NCBI GenBank assembly: GCA_963662405.2
Contig: CAXXKT010000003.1
Location: 224,001 to 288,000, forward strand
DNA from: Syntrophales bacterium
Lineage (GTDB): Bacteria > Desulfobacterota > Syntrophia > Syntrophales > UBA2210
Length of the DNA stretch: 64,000 nucleotides
Direction of reading: 5' to 3'
The notes under the pieces were generated by a model. That model did no database searches. It worked only from the letters and a program-made list of their open reading frames with translations, and was not told the origin of the DNA. Shown here one piece after another: positions 47,500-58,335 of this stretch. Numbering within the stretch: position 1 is the stretch's first letter; every line of letters starts with the position of its first letter. A program made the position numbers and the translations under genes.

Positions 47500-47799
47500 A
47501 TGAAAAGACCGACGGATACAGACAAGAACAGCACCGCCGTTGCCGCCGCTTTGGAATACGATCGGTCGAGCGATGCCGCTCCGCGCGTGACCGCCCGAGG
47601 GAGGGGGGGCACGGCTGAAAGGATTATCGCGCTTGCGCGGGAGCATGGCGTACCGATCAAGGAAGATCCTGCGCTGGCACAGGTCTTGAGCCGGCTTGAT
47701 ATCGATGAGCAGATTCCCGCTGAGCTGTATCGGGCCGTTGCAGAAATACTATCCTTTGTCTATCGTCTGAATGATCGATACCGGGACACCCCGAAATGA
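47500..47799 (+). CDS. stand-alone FlhB C-terminal-domain protein (EscU/YscU family)
   Basis: ALEYD...APRVTARG...IPAELYRAVAEIL matches the FlhB C-terminus in this window. Confidence 0.88.
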   Translation: MKRPTDTDKNSTAVAAALEYDRSSDAAPRVTARGRGGTAERIIALAREHGVPIKEDPALAQVLSRLDIDEQIPAELYRAVAEILSFVYRLNDRYRDTPK

Positions 47800-48091
47800 T
47801 GAGTCCGATGGGAGCGGGGTGATCGATGACGGTGGAAGAGGGGAAATTCTTTCCTCCTGTTGACATACTGCCCGTCACACTATTGACGCACGGCCGTGCG
47901 GGATACGACACGTCCCCGGACGCGTCCCTTTCGTGTTGCCCCGGCGCCGGGATGCCCCGCCGGGGGGCGGCACGATAAACCCATATAAATCAATAAATTA
48001 TAAAAATAATCTTGCCTCTGCCTGACGCCCTGATCGGACGATGCCGTTTTCGGGGATCCGTTTTTGATCGGCAGTGTCCTCTTTGTCTTTG

Positions 48092-48107
48092 TGGCATACA
48101 ACTTGCG
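48092..48107 (+). promoter_or_regulatory. sigma54 promoter of the flgF operon
   Basis: TGGCAT-ACAAC-TTGCG. Confidence 0.82.
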
Positions 48108-48140
48108 ATAGCTTCCATACCGGAAAGGCAGGGACGAAGG

Positions 48141-48833
48141 ATGATCAGTGGAAGCGGAATCAGTGCAATGGTTGATGGGGCCATCAGACAGACACGGCGG
48201 CTTGACAATACCGTACGCAATCTTTCCAATACCGGTACAACGAGTTTCAAGGCGGAACGGATCGATTTCCTGAGGGGAGACGCCGATCAGGGGGCGGTGA
48301 CGACGATTGATTATTCTCAGGGGGCGATGGAGCGGACCGGCAATGTCCTGGACCTGGCATTACAGGGGGAGGGATTCTTGACCCTGCAGACAAAGGATGG
48401 GATTGCCTATACGAGGGACGGAAGGATGACGATCAGCGAAGACGGAAAATTAGTTTCCCTCTCCGGTGAGGATGTCCTTGGTGAGGGCGGTACGATTACC
48501 CTCTCGGGAAATGATATCCGGATCCTTGAAGACGGTACCATCCGTGTCGATGGTGCCGATGTCGATACCTTGAAGATCGTCACTTTTCAGAACCCCTCCG
48601 CCCTGATCAGGCTCAACAGTCGTCTCTATCAGGATCTCGGTGATGGGGCGGATGCCGGGGACGGAGATGATGTGCAGGTCAAGGCGGGATATCTGGAATT
48701 GTCCAATGTCCAGGCCATCCGGGAGATGGTTGAGATGATCAATATCCAACGAACCTTCGAGTCATACCAGAAGGCGATTCAGACCATGGACGAGCAGAAC
48801 GAACTGTCCACTAATCGCATCGGAAAACTGTAA
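48141..48833 (+). CDS. flgF: rod protein
   Basis: TGNVLDLALQGEGF, YTRDG, LELSNV; precedes flgG; start moved to 48141. Confidence 0.9.
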   Translation: MISGSGISAMVDGAIRQTRRLDNTVRNLSNTGTTSFKAERIDFLRGDADQGAVTTIDYSQGAMERTGNVLDLALQGEGFLTLQTKDGIAYTRDGRMTISEDGKLVSLSGEDVLGEGGTITLSGNDIRILEDGTIRVDGADVDTLKIVTFQNPSALIRLNSRLYQDLGDGADAGDGDDVQVKAGYLELSNVQAIREMVEMINIQRTFESYQKAIQTMDEQNELSTNRIGKL

Positions 48834-48851
48834 CAAAAGGGGAGCAAAACA

Positions 48852-49634
48852 ATGATACGAGCATTATGGACCGCTGCAAACGGTATGGAGGCGCAACAGA
48901 TCACCCAGGATGTCATCGCAAACAACCTGGCCAACATCAATACCGTGGGTTTTAAAAAGGCGCGGGCCGATTTCCAGGATCTCATGTATCAGGTGCAGAC
49001 CAAGTCGGGTGCGGAGACATCGGGGGGGAGTCAGTTGCCGGTCGGGATAGAGATCGGTATGGGGGTAAAACCGGTTGCCGTCCAGAAGATGTTTACCCAG
49101 GGTGATTACGAACAGACCGACAGCTCGTTCGACTTAGCTATCGAGGGGGATGGCTTCTTCCAGCTCGATGATAATGGAACCACCGTGTACACCCGCGCGG
49201 GCAGCTTCAAGACCGACAAGGATGGCGCCCTGTGCAATTCAGAAGGGATCAAGCTGATACCCGAGGTCACCATTCCCGGCGAGATGGTGAATTTTACCGT
49301 CGACAGCGGTGGGACCTGGACGGCGACGGATGAAACCGGCGTTTCGCTGGCGACCGGCAGGATAGAGCTTGCCCGGTTTATCAATCCCGCCGGCCTGACC
49401 AGCCTGGGGAGGAATCTCTATGATAAGACGGAGGCCTCCGGCGAAGCGATGACCGGGAATCCCGGCGAGTCGGGACTGGGGACCCTTTCTCAGAATTTTC
49501 TGGAGATGTCGAACGTGAATGTCGTGGATGAGATGGTCAAGATGATCGTCGGTCAACGGGCGTATGAAATCAATTCCAAAGCGATCCAGACGGCGGATTC
49601 CATGATGCAGATGGTGAATAATCTCAAGAGGTAA
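48852..49634 (+). CDS. flgG: distal rod protein
   Basis: ANNLANINTVGFKK, FQDLMYQ, QRAYEINSKAIQTAD. Confidence 0.97.
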   Translation: MIRALWTAANGMEAQQITQDVIANNLANINTVGFKKARADFQDLMYQVQTKSGAETSGGSQLPVGIEIGMGVKPVAVQKMFTQGDYEQTDSSFDLAIEGDGFFQLDDNGTTVYTRAGSFKTDKDGALCNSEGIKLIPEVTIPGEMVNFTVDSGGTWTATDETGVSLATGRIELARFINPAGLTSLGRNLYDKTEASGEAMTGNPGESGLGTLSQNFLEMSNVNVVDEMVKMIVGQRAYEINSKAIQTADSMMQMVNNLKR

Positions 49635-49641
49635 TGGAGGA

Positions 49642-50382
49642 ATGTCGGTGAAGGCGTTTGGCGAGATGATCAAGCGAAGCCACCTCGTTATCGGTGTTGC
49701 GTGTATTATCCTCTTCAGCTTGTGCCCTGGTACGGCCCCGGGGGCGATCATCCGAAGTGAGGATATCGCCGAGGCCGTCAAGACCTACGTCGAGGAACAG
49801 TCATTCTGGCCCGGTGACGCGGTACGGATGGAATTTCGCGGTTCGATCCCCGATGTGGACCTGGGAACGGATGCCGTCACGTGGCGGGTACAGTGCAGGA
49901 GAAACGAGGACTTTATCGGAAATACCGTCTTCTCGATCAGTTTTTATGAGGATGGCGCCTTCCTCGGGAGGCGGACCGTCAGGGTGCGGTTGGAAGTCCT
50001 GATGGATGTAGTGGTCAGCTCTCGGTCCCTGAGGAGGGATGAGGTGATTGGTCGCGGTGATATCAGGGTGGTCGAACGGTGGTTTGCGCGACCACCGCAT
50101 AATATTATTTCGGATTCCGATGAGATTGTGGGTAAGAAGCTGCGACGGAGCGTCAAGCCGAATACCGAGATCACCAAAAACATAGTGCGGGATGTCCCGG
50201 TCGTCAAGAAGGGGAAGCCGGTAAAGATTATAGTTGAAAACGGTCTCCTGGGCATGACGACGTTCGGTATATCGGAACAGGACGGGATGTGCGGTGAACT
50301 GATCAAGGTCAGGAACGTCACGTCCAAAAAGATGATCTATGCCCGGGTGATGGCTGATTCCCTGGTGAAGGTGGAGTTTTAG
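49642..50382 (+). CDS. flgA: P-ring assembly chaperone
   Basis: Signal peptide; SAF-like region and GELIKVRNVTSKK; position flgG-flgA-flgH. Confidence 0.88.
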   Translation: MSVKAFGEMIKRSHLVIGVACIILFSLCPGTAPGAIIRSEDIAEAVKTYVEEQSFWPGDAVRMEFRGSIPDVDLGTDAVTWRVQCRRNEDFIGNTVFSISFYEDGAFLGRRTVRVRLEVLMDVVVSSRSLRRDEVIGRGDIRVVERWFARPPHNIISDSDEIVGKKLRRSVKPNTEITKNIVRDVPVVKKGKPVKIIVENGLLGMTTFGISEQDGMCGELIKVRNVTSKKMIYARVMADSLVKVEF

Positions 50383-50384
50383 GT

Positions 50385-51122
50385 ATGAAGCGGCGATTGT
50401 CTGCAGGTGCCATGGTATGGGGGATCATATCTCTGCTCATTGCCACCGGATGTTCCCCGAGTCGCGACATGGTGAAGAAAGATGAATTCACACCTGTTCG
50501 GGTGCCCGAGGTAGTCTCCTCCCAACCGGTGGGGACAATATGGCCGGGTGAAAACGCGAAGAATTCACTCTTTACCGACAACAAGGCCCGGCATGTCGGT
50601 GATATCGTGACCATCCTCATTAATGAATCGTCCTCAGGGAGCAATACCGCCAATACGTCGACCTCCCGTGATACCGAGACGCTTGCGGGGATATCATCCC
50701 TCCTGGGATACGAAAAAAAACTTGCCCGAATGAATAAGGACCTGACGGACGGAGAGGATGTCTATAGCGCGGGGCTGCTCCCCTCGATCCAGGTTGGTGG
50801 TTCCTCCTCGAACAACCTGACGGGGAAGGGAAGCACGACCCGTGCCGGTAAACTCCAGGCGAGGATAACGGCCAAGGTGATGGAGGTGCTTCCCAACGGG
50901 AACCTGGAAATAGAGGGAAGGCGGTGGTTGGCCGTCAATGCTGAAGATCAGTATATCATTATCTCGGGTACCGTGAGACCCGACGATATTACCTCGGACA
51001 ACATGGTGTCTTCGGAGTACATCGCAGACGCCAGGATTGCCTACAGCGGCAAAGGTGTGGTGAATGACAAGATGAGACCGGGCTGGCTGACGCGCATCGT
51101 CGACTGGGCCTGGCCGTTCTGA
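50385..51122 (+). CDS. flgH: L-ring lipoprotein
   Basis: Lipobox ATGC, LFTDNKARHVGDIVTI, SGTVRPDDI. Confidence 0.95.
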   Translation: MKRRLSAGAMVWGIISLLIATGCSPSRDMVKKDEFTPVRVPEVVSSQPVGTIWPGENAKNSLFTDNKARHVGDIVTILINESSSGSNTANTSTSRDTETLAGISSLLGYEKKLARMNKDLTDGEDVYSAGLLPSIQVGGSSSNNLTGKGSTTRAGKLQARITAKVMEVLPNGNLEIEGRRWLAVNAEDQYIIISGTVRPDDITSDNMVSSEYIADARIAYSGKGVVNDKMRPGWLTRIVDWAWPF

Positions 51123-51144
51123 TCGACATGGGATACGGAATCGC

Positions 51145-52317
51145 ATGAAAACAAAAACGATAACACAAATCATCTCCGTGATGACGATCCTGTTTTTTGC
51201 ATCACAGGCATCCGCCGCTCGCATTAAGGATGTCGCCGATATCGGGGGGGTCAGAGACAACCAGTTGATCGGTTACGGTCTGGTAGTCGGGCTGGCGGGA
51301 ACGGGCGATGATATCGAAAACGGGTTTACCAAGGAGACCCTGGCCAACATGCTGAGCAGGCAGGGGTTGGGGATGAAAGAGGAATCCCGAGAGGCACTGG
51401 ATTCGGATAATGTGGCGTCGGTAATGGTCAGCGCCGCACTTCCCCCCTTTGCCAAGGTGGGAACGAGGATAGACGTGACGGTCTCTTCCATCGGTGATGC
51501 GGAGAGTCTGCGGGGAGGAACCCTGCTGATGACCCCGCTGAAGGGGGCGGACGGGAAGGTGTACGCCGTGGCGCAGGGAGCACTTTCCGTCGGAGGGTTT
51601 GCAGCCGGTGGAAGCAGCGCGGGTATTTCCAAGAATCACCCCACCGCCGGCCGGATCACCAATGGTGCCTTTGTCGAGAGGGAGTTGGTATACGATTTTG
51701 AAACACGGCGTTCACTTACCATCAATCTCCATCGACCCGATTTCACCACGGCGAGAGGGGTGGCGGCGGCCATTGATGCCATGGGAGAGGGGGTGGCGGC
51801 GAAGCTGGTTGATTCATCGACGGTTGCCGTCGATCTGGGAGTATCCTTTCAAGGGAACATTGTCGAATTTATCTCCAAGATCGAGAATATCAACGTTGAG
51901 GTCGATTCACCGGCGGTGGTGGTTATCGACGAGAAGACCGGGACCATCGTCATGGGGGAGAACGTAAGAATATCAACGGTTGCCGTTGCCCATGGGAACC
52001 TGTACATCCAGATAAAAGAAAAAAAGGATGTGTCGCAACCGGCCCCTTTTGCCCCCGCACCTCCTGCCGGTAGCAGGCCGGTCGACGCGGGAGGAGGGAC
52101 GGTTGTTGCTCCCGGCGGCCAGACGGTGATCACGACCGACACGGAGATCGGTGTTGAGGAGGAAAAAAACCGTCTCATGGTGGTGCCGCGAGGGGTCACG
52201 ATCCAGGAGGTCGTCAAGGCGCTCAACGCGATTGGCGTGACACCAGGGGATCTGATCACCATACTTCAGACGATCAAGTCCGCGGGCGCGCTCCAGGCGG
52301 ACCTGAAATTGATCTAG
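51145..52317 (+). CDS. flgI: P-ring protein
   Basis: RDNQLIGYGLVVGLAGTGD, GGTLLMTPL. Confidence 0.97.
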   Translation: MKTKTITQIISVMTILFFASQASAARIKDVADIGGVRDNQLIGYGLVVGLAGTGDDIENGFTKETLANMLSRQGLGMKEESREALDSDNVASVMVSAALPPFAKVGTRIDVTVSSIGDAESLRGGTLLMTPLKGADGKVYAVAQGALSVGGFAAGGSSAGISKNHPTAGRITNGAFVERELVYDFETRRSLTINLHRPDFTTARGVAAAIDAMGEGVAAKLVDSSTVAVDLGVSFQGNIVEFISKIENINVEVDSPAVVVIDEKTGTIVMGENVRISTVAVAHGNLYIQIKEKKDVSQPAPFAPAPPAGSRPVDAGGGTVVAPGGQTVITTDTEIGVEEEKNRLMVVPRGVTIQEVVKALNAIGVTPGDLITILQTIKSAGALQADLKLI

Positions 52318-52327
52318 AGGAGGACGA

Positions 52328-52663
52328 ATGGAAGGGATTATCGTATCGGAATCGGCAGCGAAGATGACCCCGGCGGGGAACGGGACGAGCCGGCCCGGCG
52401 AAAAACGGGGAGAGATCACCGACGCGCGGCTCAGAAAGGCGTGTGCCGATTTCGAATCCATCTTCATCAGCTACCTGTTCAAGACCATGCGGAGTACGAT
52501 TCCGGAGAGCGGCTTGAACAGTTTTCCCGGCAAGGATATGTATACCATGCTCCTTGATCAGAAGGTAGCTGAAGACCTTGCCGAGAGGAACGGCGGTATG
52601 GGCATGCAGGAGATGCTCTTCCGCCAGCTTGGCGGAGTGCGCCAATCGGATGGAGAGGAGTAA
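52328..52663 (+). CDS. flgJ: FlgJ rod-binding domain only (no muramidase domain)
   Basis: LRKACADFESIF...KTMRST; 111 aa. Confidence 0.85.
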   Translation: MEGIIVSESAAKMTPAGNGTSRPGEKRGEITDARLRKACADFESIFISYLFKTMRSTIPESGLNSFPGKDMYTMLLDQKVAEDLAERNGGMGMQEMLFRQLGGVRQSDGEE

Positions 52664-52748
52664 CAGCAGGAATCGGAGGGAGGAACTGATAGTCGTACCC
52701 CTTCAATAATTTAAAGATCAATGATAATAGATGTATAGCATGGCCGGC

Positions 52749-52776
52749 TAAAGTTTTACGCCAAAAAATCCGATAA
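52749..52776 (+). promoter_or_regulatory. sigma28 promoter of flgM
   Basis: TAAA-N16-TCCGATAA (TAAAGTTT extended -35). Confidence 0.75.
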
Positions 52777-52816
52777 CCTGTTGGATGGGAGAAAAAATGA
52801 CAAGGAGATACCATAC

Positions 52817-53125
52817 ATGAAGATTCCTGAAACAAGAAATGCCACCGTCGGACTCGTTTCACAGTATACGGTGAATCAAAACAAGGGGGGTGCCGAAGCC
52901 GGGAAAGAGGCGGCGGGGGGTATCGTTCCGGAAGAAACGGTGAGTCTCTCCTCGGCGGCTCGGGATTTTCAGAAGATTGAAAAGGCGATCGATGAGCTTC
53001 CCGAAGTGCGGGAAGAGAAGGTACGGGAACTGAGGGAACAGATACAGGCGGGAACGTACGAGATTGACGGGGAACGGGTTGCGGAAAAGATGTTAGGCGA
53101 ATCACTCGTGGATATCATGGCATAA
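52817..53125 (+). CDS. flgM: anti-sigma28 factor
   Basis: VSLS, VREEKVRELREQIQAGTYEID...VAEKML; ATG after AAGGAG. Confidence 0.93.
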   Translation: MKIPETRNATVGLVSQYTVNQNKGGAEAGKEAAGGIVPEETVSLSSAARDFQKIEKAIDELPEVREEKVRELREQIQAGTYEIDGERVAEKMLGESLVDIMA

Positions 53126-53129
53126 GACG

Positions 53130-53642
53130 ATGAATACCGAAATGCATGCACTGTATGATTCTCTCATCTCGATGCTGAGGGAGGAAATAAAGGTCTTCGG
53201 GGTGCTTCACGACTCCCTGATGCACGAGAGAGAAGTCCTGACGAAGGCTTCCCTTGATGATCTGTATGCAAGTAATGCCGCGAAGGAGAACTGTATCCTG
53301 AAGGCCGGGATGCTGGAAGAAGGCAGGAGCCGGCTGATGGGAAGGATTGCGGCTGCAATCGGTCTCAGCCGTCGGAAGATGACCCTTTCCGCGCTGGTGC
53401 CGTATGGTGATAAGCGCCAGCAGCAGGAGCTGAATGAATGCCGGTCGACCCTGCGGTTTCTCTTGTCGGAGATTCAGGAAAAGAACGAAGACAATAAGAT
53501 CTTCCTCGATGACTCGCTCTCCTCTGTCCAAAAATCCGTCAACTTTCTGGGACAGCTTGTCTACCCCGGCGCAACGTATCTCAAGAGCGGGAGATTAACG
53601 GGAAGCGCCTTCAATGGAAGGCTCGTAAGCAGAGAAGGATAG
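53130..53642 (+). CDS. flgN: hook-associated protein chaperone
   Basis: Helical protein between flgM and flgK with C-terminal TY...G motif. Confidence 0.85.
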   Translation: MNTEMHALYDSLISMLREEIKVFGVLHDSLMHEREVLTKASLDDLYASNAAKENCILKAGMLEEGRSRLMGRIAAAIGLSRRKMTLSALVPYGDKRQQQELNECRSTLRFLLSEIQEKNEDNKIFLDDSLSSVQKSVNFLGQLVYPGATYLKSGRLTGSAFNGRLVSREG

Positions 53643-53646
53643 GCAT

Positions 53647-55020
53647 ATGTCGGGCATCAGCGTACTGACTATCGCAAAAGACGGTCTGCTCAGTCATCAG
53701 ACGGCAATTAATCTGACGGGGACCAATGTTACCAATGCAAGTACTGAGAATTATTCACGTCAGCGCGCAATATTCAGCACCACGCTCGAGAGTGTTCAGA
53801 TAACGGGGATTGAGAGGATATACGATCAGTTTCTCGGGGTCCAGATCAATGAACAGACGAACAACCTGGGATACAGTCAAGCGAGGGAAGATGCACTGAA
53901 AGAGATCGAGATGATCTTTAACGAGACGAACGGCGGCGGTATCAACCAATTGCTGAGCGAATTCTGGAATGCCTGGGGAGACTTGTCGGCGAATCCCTCC
54001 GGAGAGGCCGAACGCCTGACGCTGGTTTCTACCGCCGAGAGCCTGACCTCTCTCTTCCGTTCATATGGTGACGATCTCCTCTCCGCTCAGAATGACGCAA
54101 ATGACCGGGTAGCCCGCCTCGTTGATGATGCCAACGATATTGTTGCGGATATCGTCGATACCAACGAGAAGATTATGCAGTACGGGACGGGTGCGACGGA
54201 TGACACAAGCCTCAATGCCCTGAGGGACACGCAGGACTCGCTCCTGTCGTCTCTGGCCGAGATCGTCGATTTTCATTATACCCGGAATGAGGATGGATCC
54301 GTGAGTGTCTTTCTTTCCAACGGTCTGCCGCTGGTCGATGGCACCCAGAGCTGGGAACTGGATGTCGTGGCGGACAGCGAAACGTCGTTCTATAATATTG
54401 CCTTTACCGATGATCCCACACAGGAACTCAACTCAGTCCTGACGGGGGGGAGCCTTGCCGCCTATCTGGAGATCCGTGATACCACGGTTGTGGGATATAT
54501 GGACAGTCTGGACACACTGGCCGCCACACTTGCCTCCGAGGTCAACACCCAGCACGGCCTGGGGTACGATCTGAATCAGGACGCCGGAGGGCCCTTTTTC
54601 TACTTCGATGCCGATCCGGGGGTCGAGGAGGCACGGTATCTGAGGGTCAGTGATGAGATTGTTTCAGACACCGACAAGATAGCCGCATCGTCGACCGTCA
54701 ACGGCGACGGAGAAAATGCGACAACCATCAGTATGCTCCAGGATGAACTGACTATGAGCGGCGGTACATCGACCTTCGGTTCCTATTACTCCGCTCTTGT
54801 CGGTCAGGTCGGGCAGGATACGGCGTATGCGAGCAGCAGCTCCACGCGGAACTCCGACCTGCTGACCCAGTTGACCGACAAGCGGGATGAGGTCTCCGGG
54901 GTGTCGATTGACGAAGAGATGATCAATCTTATCAAGTTCCAGACCGGATATAACGCATCGGCGAGACTGGTCGCCGCCGCTGAAGAGCTCTCGGATACCC
55001 TGATGAGCCTGGTCGGGTAG
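53647..55020 (+). CDS. flgK: hook-filament junction protein
   Basis: NVTNASTENYSRQ, SGVSIDEEMINLIKFQ. Confidence 0.95.
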   Translation: MSGISVLTIAKDGLLSHQTAINLTGTNVTNASTENYSRQRAIFSTTLESVQITGIERIYDQFLGVQINEQTNNLGYSQAREDALKEIEMIFNETNGGGINQLLSEFWNAWGDLSANPSGEAERLTLVSTAESLTSLFRSYGDDLLSAQNDANDRVARLVDDANDIVADIVDTNEKIMQYGTGATDDTSLNALRDTQDSLLSSLAEIVDFHYTRNEDGSVSVFLSNGLPLVDGTQSWELDVVADSETSFYNIAFTDDPTQELNSVLTGGSLAAYLEIRDTTVVGYMDSLDTLAATLASEVNTQHGLGYDLNQDAGGPFFYFDADPGVEEARYLRVSDEIVSDTDKIAASSTVNGDGENATTISMLQDELTMSGGTSTFGSYYSALVGQVGQDTAYASSSSTRNSDLLTQLTDKRDEVSGVSIDEEMINLIKFQTGYNASARLVAAAEELSDTLMSLVG

Positions 55021-55050
55021 AGGATAGGACAGGAAGAGGGGTGCAGTCTC

Positions 55051-56277
55051 ATGGTCATGCGGGTATCGGAAAACACCAAGTACAGCTCGATCGTCAATAA
55101 TCTCTTCAAGACCCAGGACAGCTATGCCGATTTGATGAAAAAGGTGTCCTCGCTCAAGGAGGTCAATTGTCCGTCCGATGATCCCGTCGGGATGACCAAG
55201 ATACTGAATCTCAGGGAATCTCAAGCCTCCGTTGAACAGTACAAACATAACATCGAAAGCTGTGAATCATGGCTCACGATTACGGAATCCAAGCTATCGT
55301 CCGTGGGTGACCTGTTGGTCAATGCCCGGGAGGTGGCGGTCAGACAGGCCACGGGGACGGCGACCGCCGAGACGCGCAGCATGGAGGCAAAGACCGTAAA
55401 ACAGCTCATCGACGAGATGCTCACCCTGGCCAATGCCAAATATAATGGATCCTATCTCTTCTCGGGCTCAACGTCGGGTACGGCCCCCTTCTCATCGACA
55501 GGGAGGGATTCAGCGGAGATAGCATCTGCCGCGGCTTCCGGAGGGAATGCCTTCGACGGAGTCGTTACCTCCGGCGGCACCTATACCGGGTCGGAGAACA
55601 AGACGTATGTCGTCAAGATCACCGATTGGAACGAAGGGACCCGGACGGCGACGTACGATGTATCGGCCGACGGCGGGGAAAGCTGGTCAACAACGGGGTC
55701 AACCGTTGTCCTCCCGGACGGTGGTTCGGTGACGACGGGCGATCTGGGTGACGGGATCACCCTCACCTTCGATGATGCCGGTACTGTCGAACCGACAGCG
55801 GGTGACATCTTTTCCATTGATGCCTTTACTGCAGGATATTACAACGGTAACGGCGAAGAACTGTCAGTGAATATCGGCGAGGATACATCATTCACGTACT
55901 CCATTTCCGGCCAATCGGCCTTTACGGACGAGGGGGACGGGGACGTGGATATTTTCGGTGTCCTCAACTCGTTGAAAGAGGCACTGGAGAATAACGATCA
56001 GGAGGGTATCTCCCACGTGCTGGGTGATCTCAAAACGGCATCCGATCAGGTGTCGACCGCTATCTCAACGTGCGGAACGAGGACGATCCGGCTGGAAATT
56101 GCCACCACCAATCTGTCCGATATGGAGCTGAATCTGGCGGAGTTGATCTCCGAAACGGAAGCTGTCGATATTTCCGAGATCATCACGAAGCTGTCCATGA
56201 AAGAGATCGCCCTGCAGGCCTCGTACGGCTTGGCGGCGAAGATAGGGAATATGACGATACTCGATTGGCTCGGATAA
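55051..56277 (+). CDS. flgL: hook-filament junction protein
   Basis: PSDDP, ANAKYNGSYLFSG; follows flgK. Confidence 0.95.
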   Translation: MVMRVSENTKYSSIVNNLFKTQDSYADLMKKVSSLKEVNCPSDDPVGMTKILNLRESQASVEQYKHNIESCESWLTITESKLSSVGDLLVNAREVAVRQATGTATAETRSMEAKTVKQLIDEMLTLANAKYNGSYLFSGSTSGTAPFSSTGRDSAEIASAAASGGNAFDGVVTSGGTYTGSENKTYVVKITDWNEGTRTATYDVSADGGESWSTTGSTVVLPDGGSVTTGDLGDGITLTFDDAGTVEPTAGDIFSIDAFTAGYYNGNGEELSVNIGEDTSFTYSISGQSAFTDEGDGDVDIFGVLNSLKEALENNDQEGISHVLGDLKTASDQVSTAISTCGTRTIRLEIATTNLSDMELNLAELISETEAVDISEIITKLSMKEIALQASYGLAAKIGNMTILDWLG

Positions 56278-56412
56278 AAACAGGCACGAAGGGGAGAGAC
56301 GATCACGGGATCGGTCGTGTTGTTTCCAGAGAGGCGGGAACGGTAATCGCTCAGAAGGTACGAACCGTTCTCACCAATTCCATACATTACTTTTTTGCGA
56401 GAGACCATTGCC

Positions 56413-56670
56413 ATGCTGATCCTGACACGGAAGTTGGGTGAGACGATACGAATCGGAAATGAGATCACGGTAACGATTCTGGAGGCCAAGGGGAGGCAGA
56501 TACGGATCGGCATTGAGGCCCCATCGGATATCTCCGTTCACCGTGAAGAAGTATATCAGGTGATCAAAGAACAGAATGCCCGGGCGGCAAGAACGGGACA
56601 CGATGACGCAATGGGCGCAGGCCTGTCTCAGATATGGGAGAAGTTGAAGATTCAGGAGGAGAGGGCGTGA
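56413..56670 (+). CDS. csrA: carbon storage regulator with C-terminal extension
   Basis: [15 protein letters not shown]...IGIEAP...HREEVY. Confidence 0.96.
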   Translation: MLILTRKLGETIRIGNEITVTILEAKGRQIRIGIEAPSDISVHREEVYQVIKEQNARAARTGHDDAMGAGLSQIWEKLKIQEERA

Positions 56671-57161
56671 AGATTTCTACCACCCGTTTTGGCAGCGTGA
56701 ATGTCGATGAGACGAGGATCATCCATATGACGGAGGGGATGCTGGGATTTGAGCCCCTGAGGCGCTATATCCTCATTACGAGGGATGAAAAAACTCCCTT
56801 TATGTGGTTTCAGGCGGTTGATGATGGCTCGCTCGCCTTTGTCGTTATTCATTCATTTGTCGTAAAGGCGGATTACGAACCCGTCCTCTCCGATGAAGAC
56901 GCACGGTTATTGGCGTTATCGGCCCCGGATCCGGATGATATCGTCGTGCTGTCAGTGGTGACGATTTATTCCGATCCCTTCAATGTGACGGCGAATTTAC
57001 GTGCTCCCGTTGTGGTCAATGTAAAAGAGATGCTGGCAAAACAGGTGGTTCTTGCTGATGATGGATATCCTGTTCAGTATCCCCTGATAGGATCCCTCAC
57101 CGGTCTCACAAAAAACGAGTCTGAAAGGCATCCCGCAATTTCCACGATGTCCGTTCCCTAA
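56667..57161 (+). CDS. fliW: flagellar assembly factor, CsrA antagonist
   Basis: [25 protein letters not shown] overlap with csrA. Confidence 0.93.
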   Translation: MKISTTRFGSVNVDETRIIHMTEGMLGFEPLRRYILITRDEKTPFMWFQAVDDGSLAFVVIHSFVVKADYEPVLSDEDARLLALSAPDPDDIVVLSVVTIYSDPFNVTANLRAPVVVNVKEMLAKQVVLADDGYPVQYPLIGSLTGLTKNESERHPAISTMSVP

Positions 57162-57320
57162 AGGTGTCTCTCCCGCAACCGGGATTGTCCCCAACCTTCC
57201 CAACATTCCCCTCTCTTGCATCCGGTCAATCATCCATCGTGACACGACGGCGTGGCGTTTTTTGAGAAAGGCACGACCGGCATGTGGCCCCTCCTTGTTT
57301 CAACCCGTTATCGTGGGTTA

Positions 57321-57336
57321 TGGCATGAGTCTTGCT
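57321..57336 (+). promoter_or_regulatory. sigma54 promoter of the diguanylate cyclase gene
   Basis: TGGCAT-GAGTC-TTGCT. Confidence 0.82.
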
Positions 57337-57373
57337 TTTAGAATGGGCAAATCTTGAGGAAGAAGGTCCCCAC

Positions 57374-58111
57374 ATGAATTCTCTTGCAGAATCGAAATCG
57401 CCACGAAGCTTGTTTTCAAAGGAATCATATCTGGTCAACTGGTTGCTCAAGATCAATCAGCATATCGCCGAGAAGAACAAACAATTAATCCTTGAAAATG
57501 ATCGCCTTCAATCCACTATAGGGCGGTTGGAGGATGTTAACTTTATAGACGATACGACGGGGATCCGCAACAAACGATATCTCCAGATACGCTTGAGAGA
57601 AGAATACGCTCGGGCATGTCGACACGGTTTTTCTCTTTCGGCCGTCTTTATCGATCTGGATGATTTCAAATCCGTTAATGACCGGTACGGTCACGTTAAC
57701 GGCGATCGGTTGTTGAAGGAGGTTGCGTCTATCCTCGACAGTCTCTGCCGCAGTGAAGATGCGGTGGTACGTTTCGGAGGGGAGGAATTCGTTGTCCTGA
57801 TGTCGGACACGGATGGTGATAAGGCCGTTGTCTTGGCTGAAAGGATCAGGAAAGCGATCGGAGATCACCCCTTTCGCTGCGGCGATGCAACCGTTTCCCT
57901 GTCGGCGAGTATTGGTGTCAGTACCTTTGCCGTCGGTGATTATGCATATGTTTCTGATCCGGAATCGTTGATAGAGATGGCCGACAGGGCGATGTATATG
58001 GTTAAGCGTAACGGTAAAAACAATACATTTTATCTCCCCTTTCCCTCTGAAGAACATATTCCGTTTCCGTCAGGGGTCGCCGTCAGGCACCATCAGGAGC
58101 TGTCTTTATAG
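57374..58111 (+). CDS. diguanylate cyclase (coiled coil + GGEEF)
   Basis: DLDDFKSVNDRYGH, I-site RSED five residues before GGEEF; start moved downstream of the promoter. Confidence 0.92.
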   Translation: MNSLAESKSPRSLFSKESYLVNWLLKINQHIAEKNKQLILENDRLQSTIGRLEDVNFIDDTTGIRNKRYLQIRLREEYARACRHGFSLSAVFIDLDDFKSVNDRYGHVNGDRLLKEVASILDSLCRSEDAVVRFGGEEFVVLMSDTDGDKAVVLAERIRKAIGDHPFRCGDATVSLSASIGVSTFAVGDYAYVSDPESLIEMADRAMYMVKRNGKNNTFYLPFPSEEHIPFPSGVAVRHHQELSL

Positions 58112-58240
58112 CGGAGGTCGCCTTGCCCCGGTTTTCCCTCGGTCGGCATAATTTGCCGGTCCTGAGGAGTTCTGTTCCATGATCTCGAATGACGCGATAC
58201 CATTTCTTCGAGAATATCTCCCGCTTTCCCAAATAATCTG

Positions 58241-58267
58241 TAAAGTTTTTTCGACTCCTGCCGATTA
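58241..58267 (+). promoter_or_regulatory. sigma28 promoter of the chemotaxis operon
   Basis: TAAA-N15-GCCGATTA. Confidence 0.85.
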
Positions 58268-58335
58268 AGACAACAGTTGCGTTCGATAAACTTGTTGCGA
58301 ACGGCATGGAATTCTAACTGCTACAGGGTGTTTCG

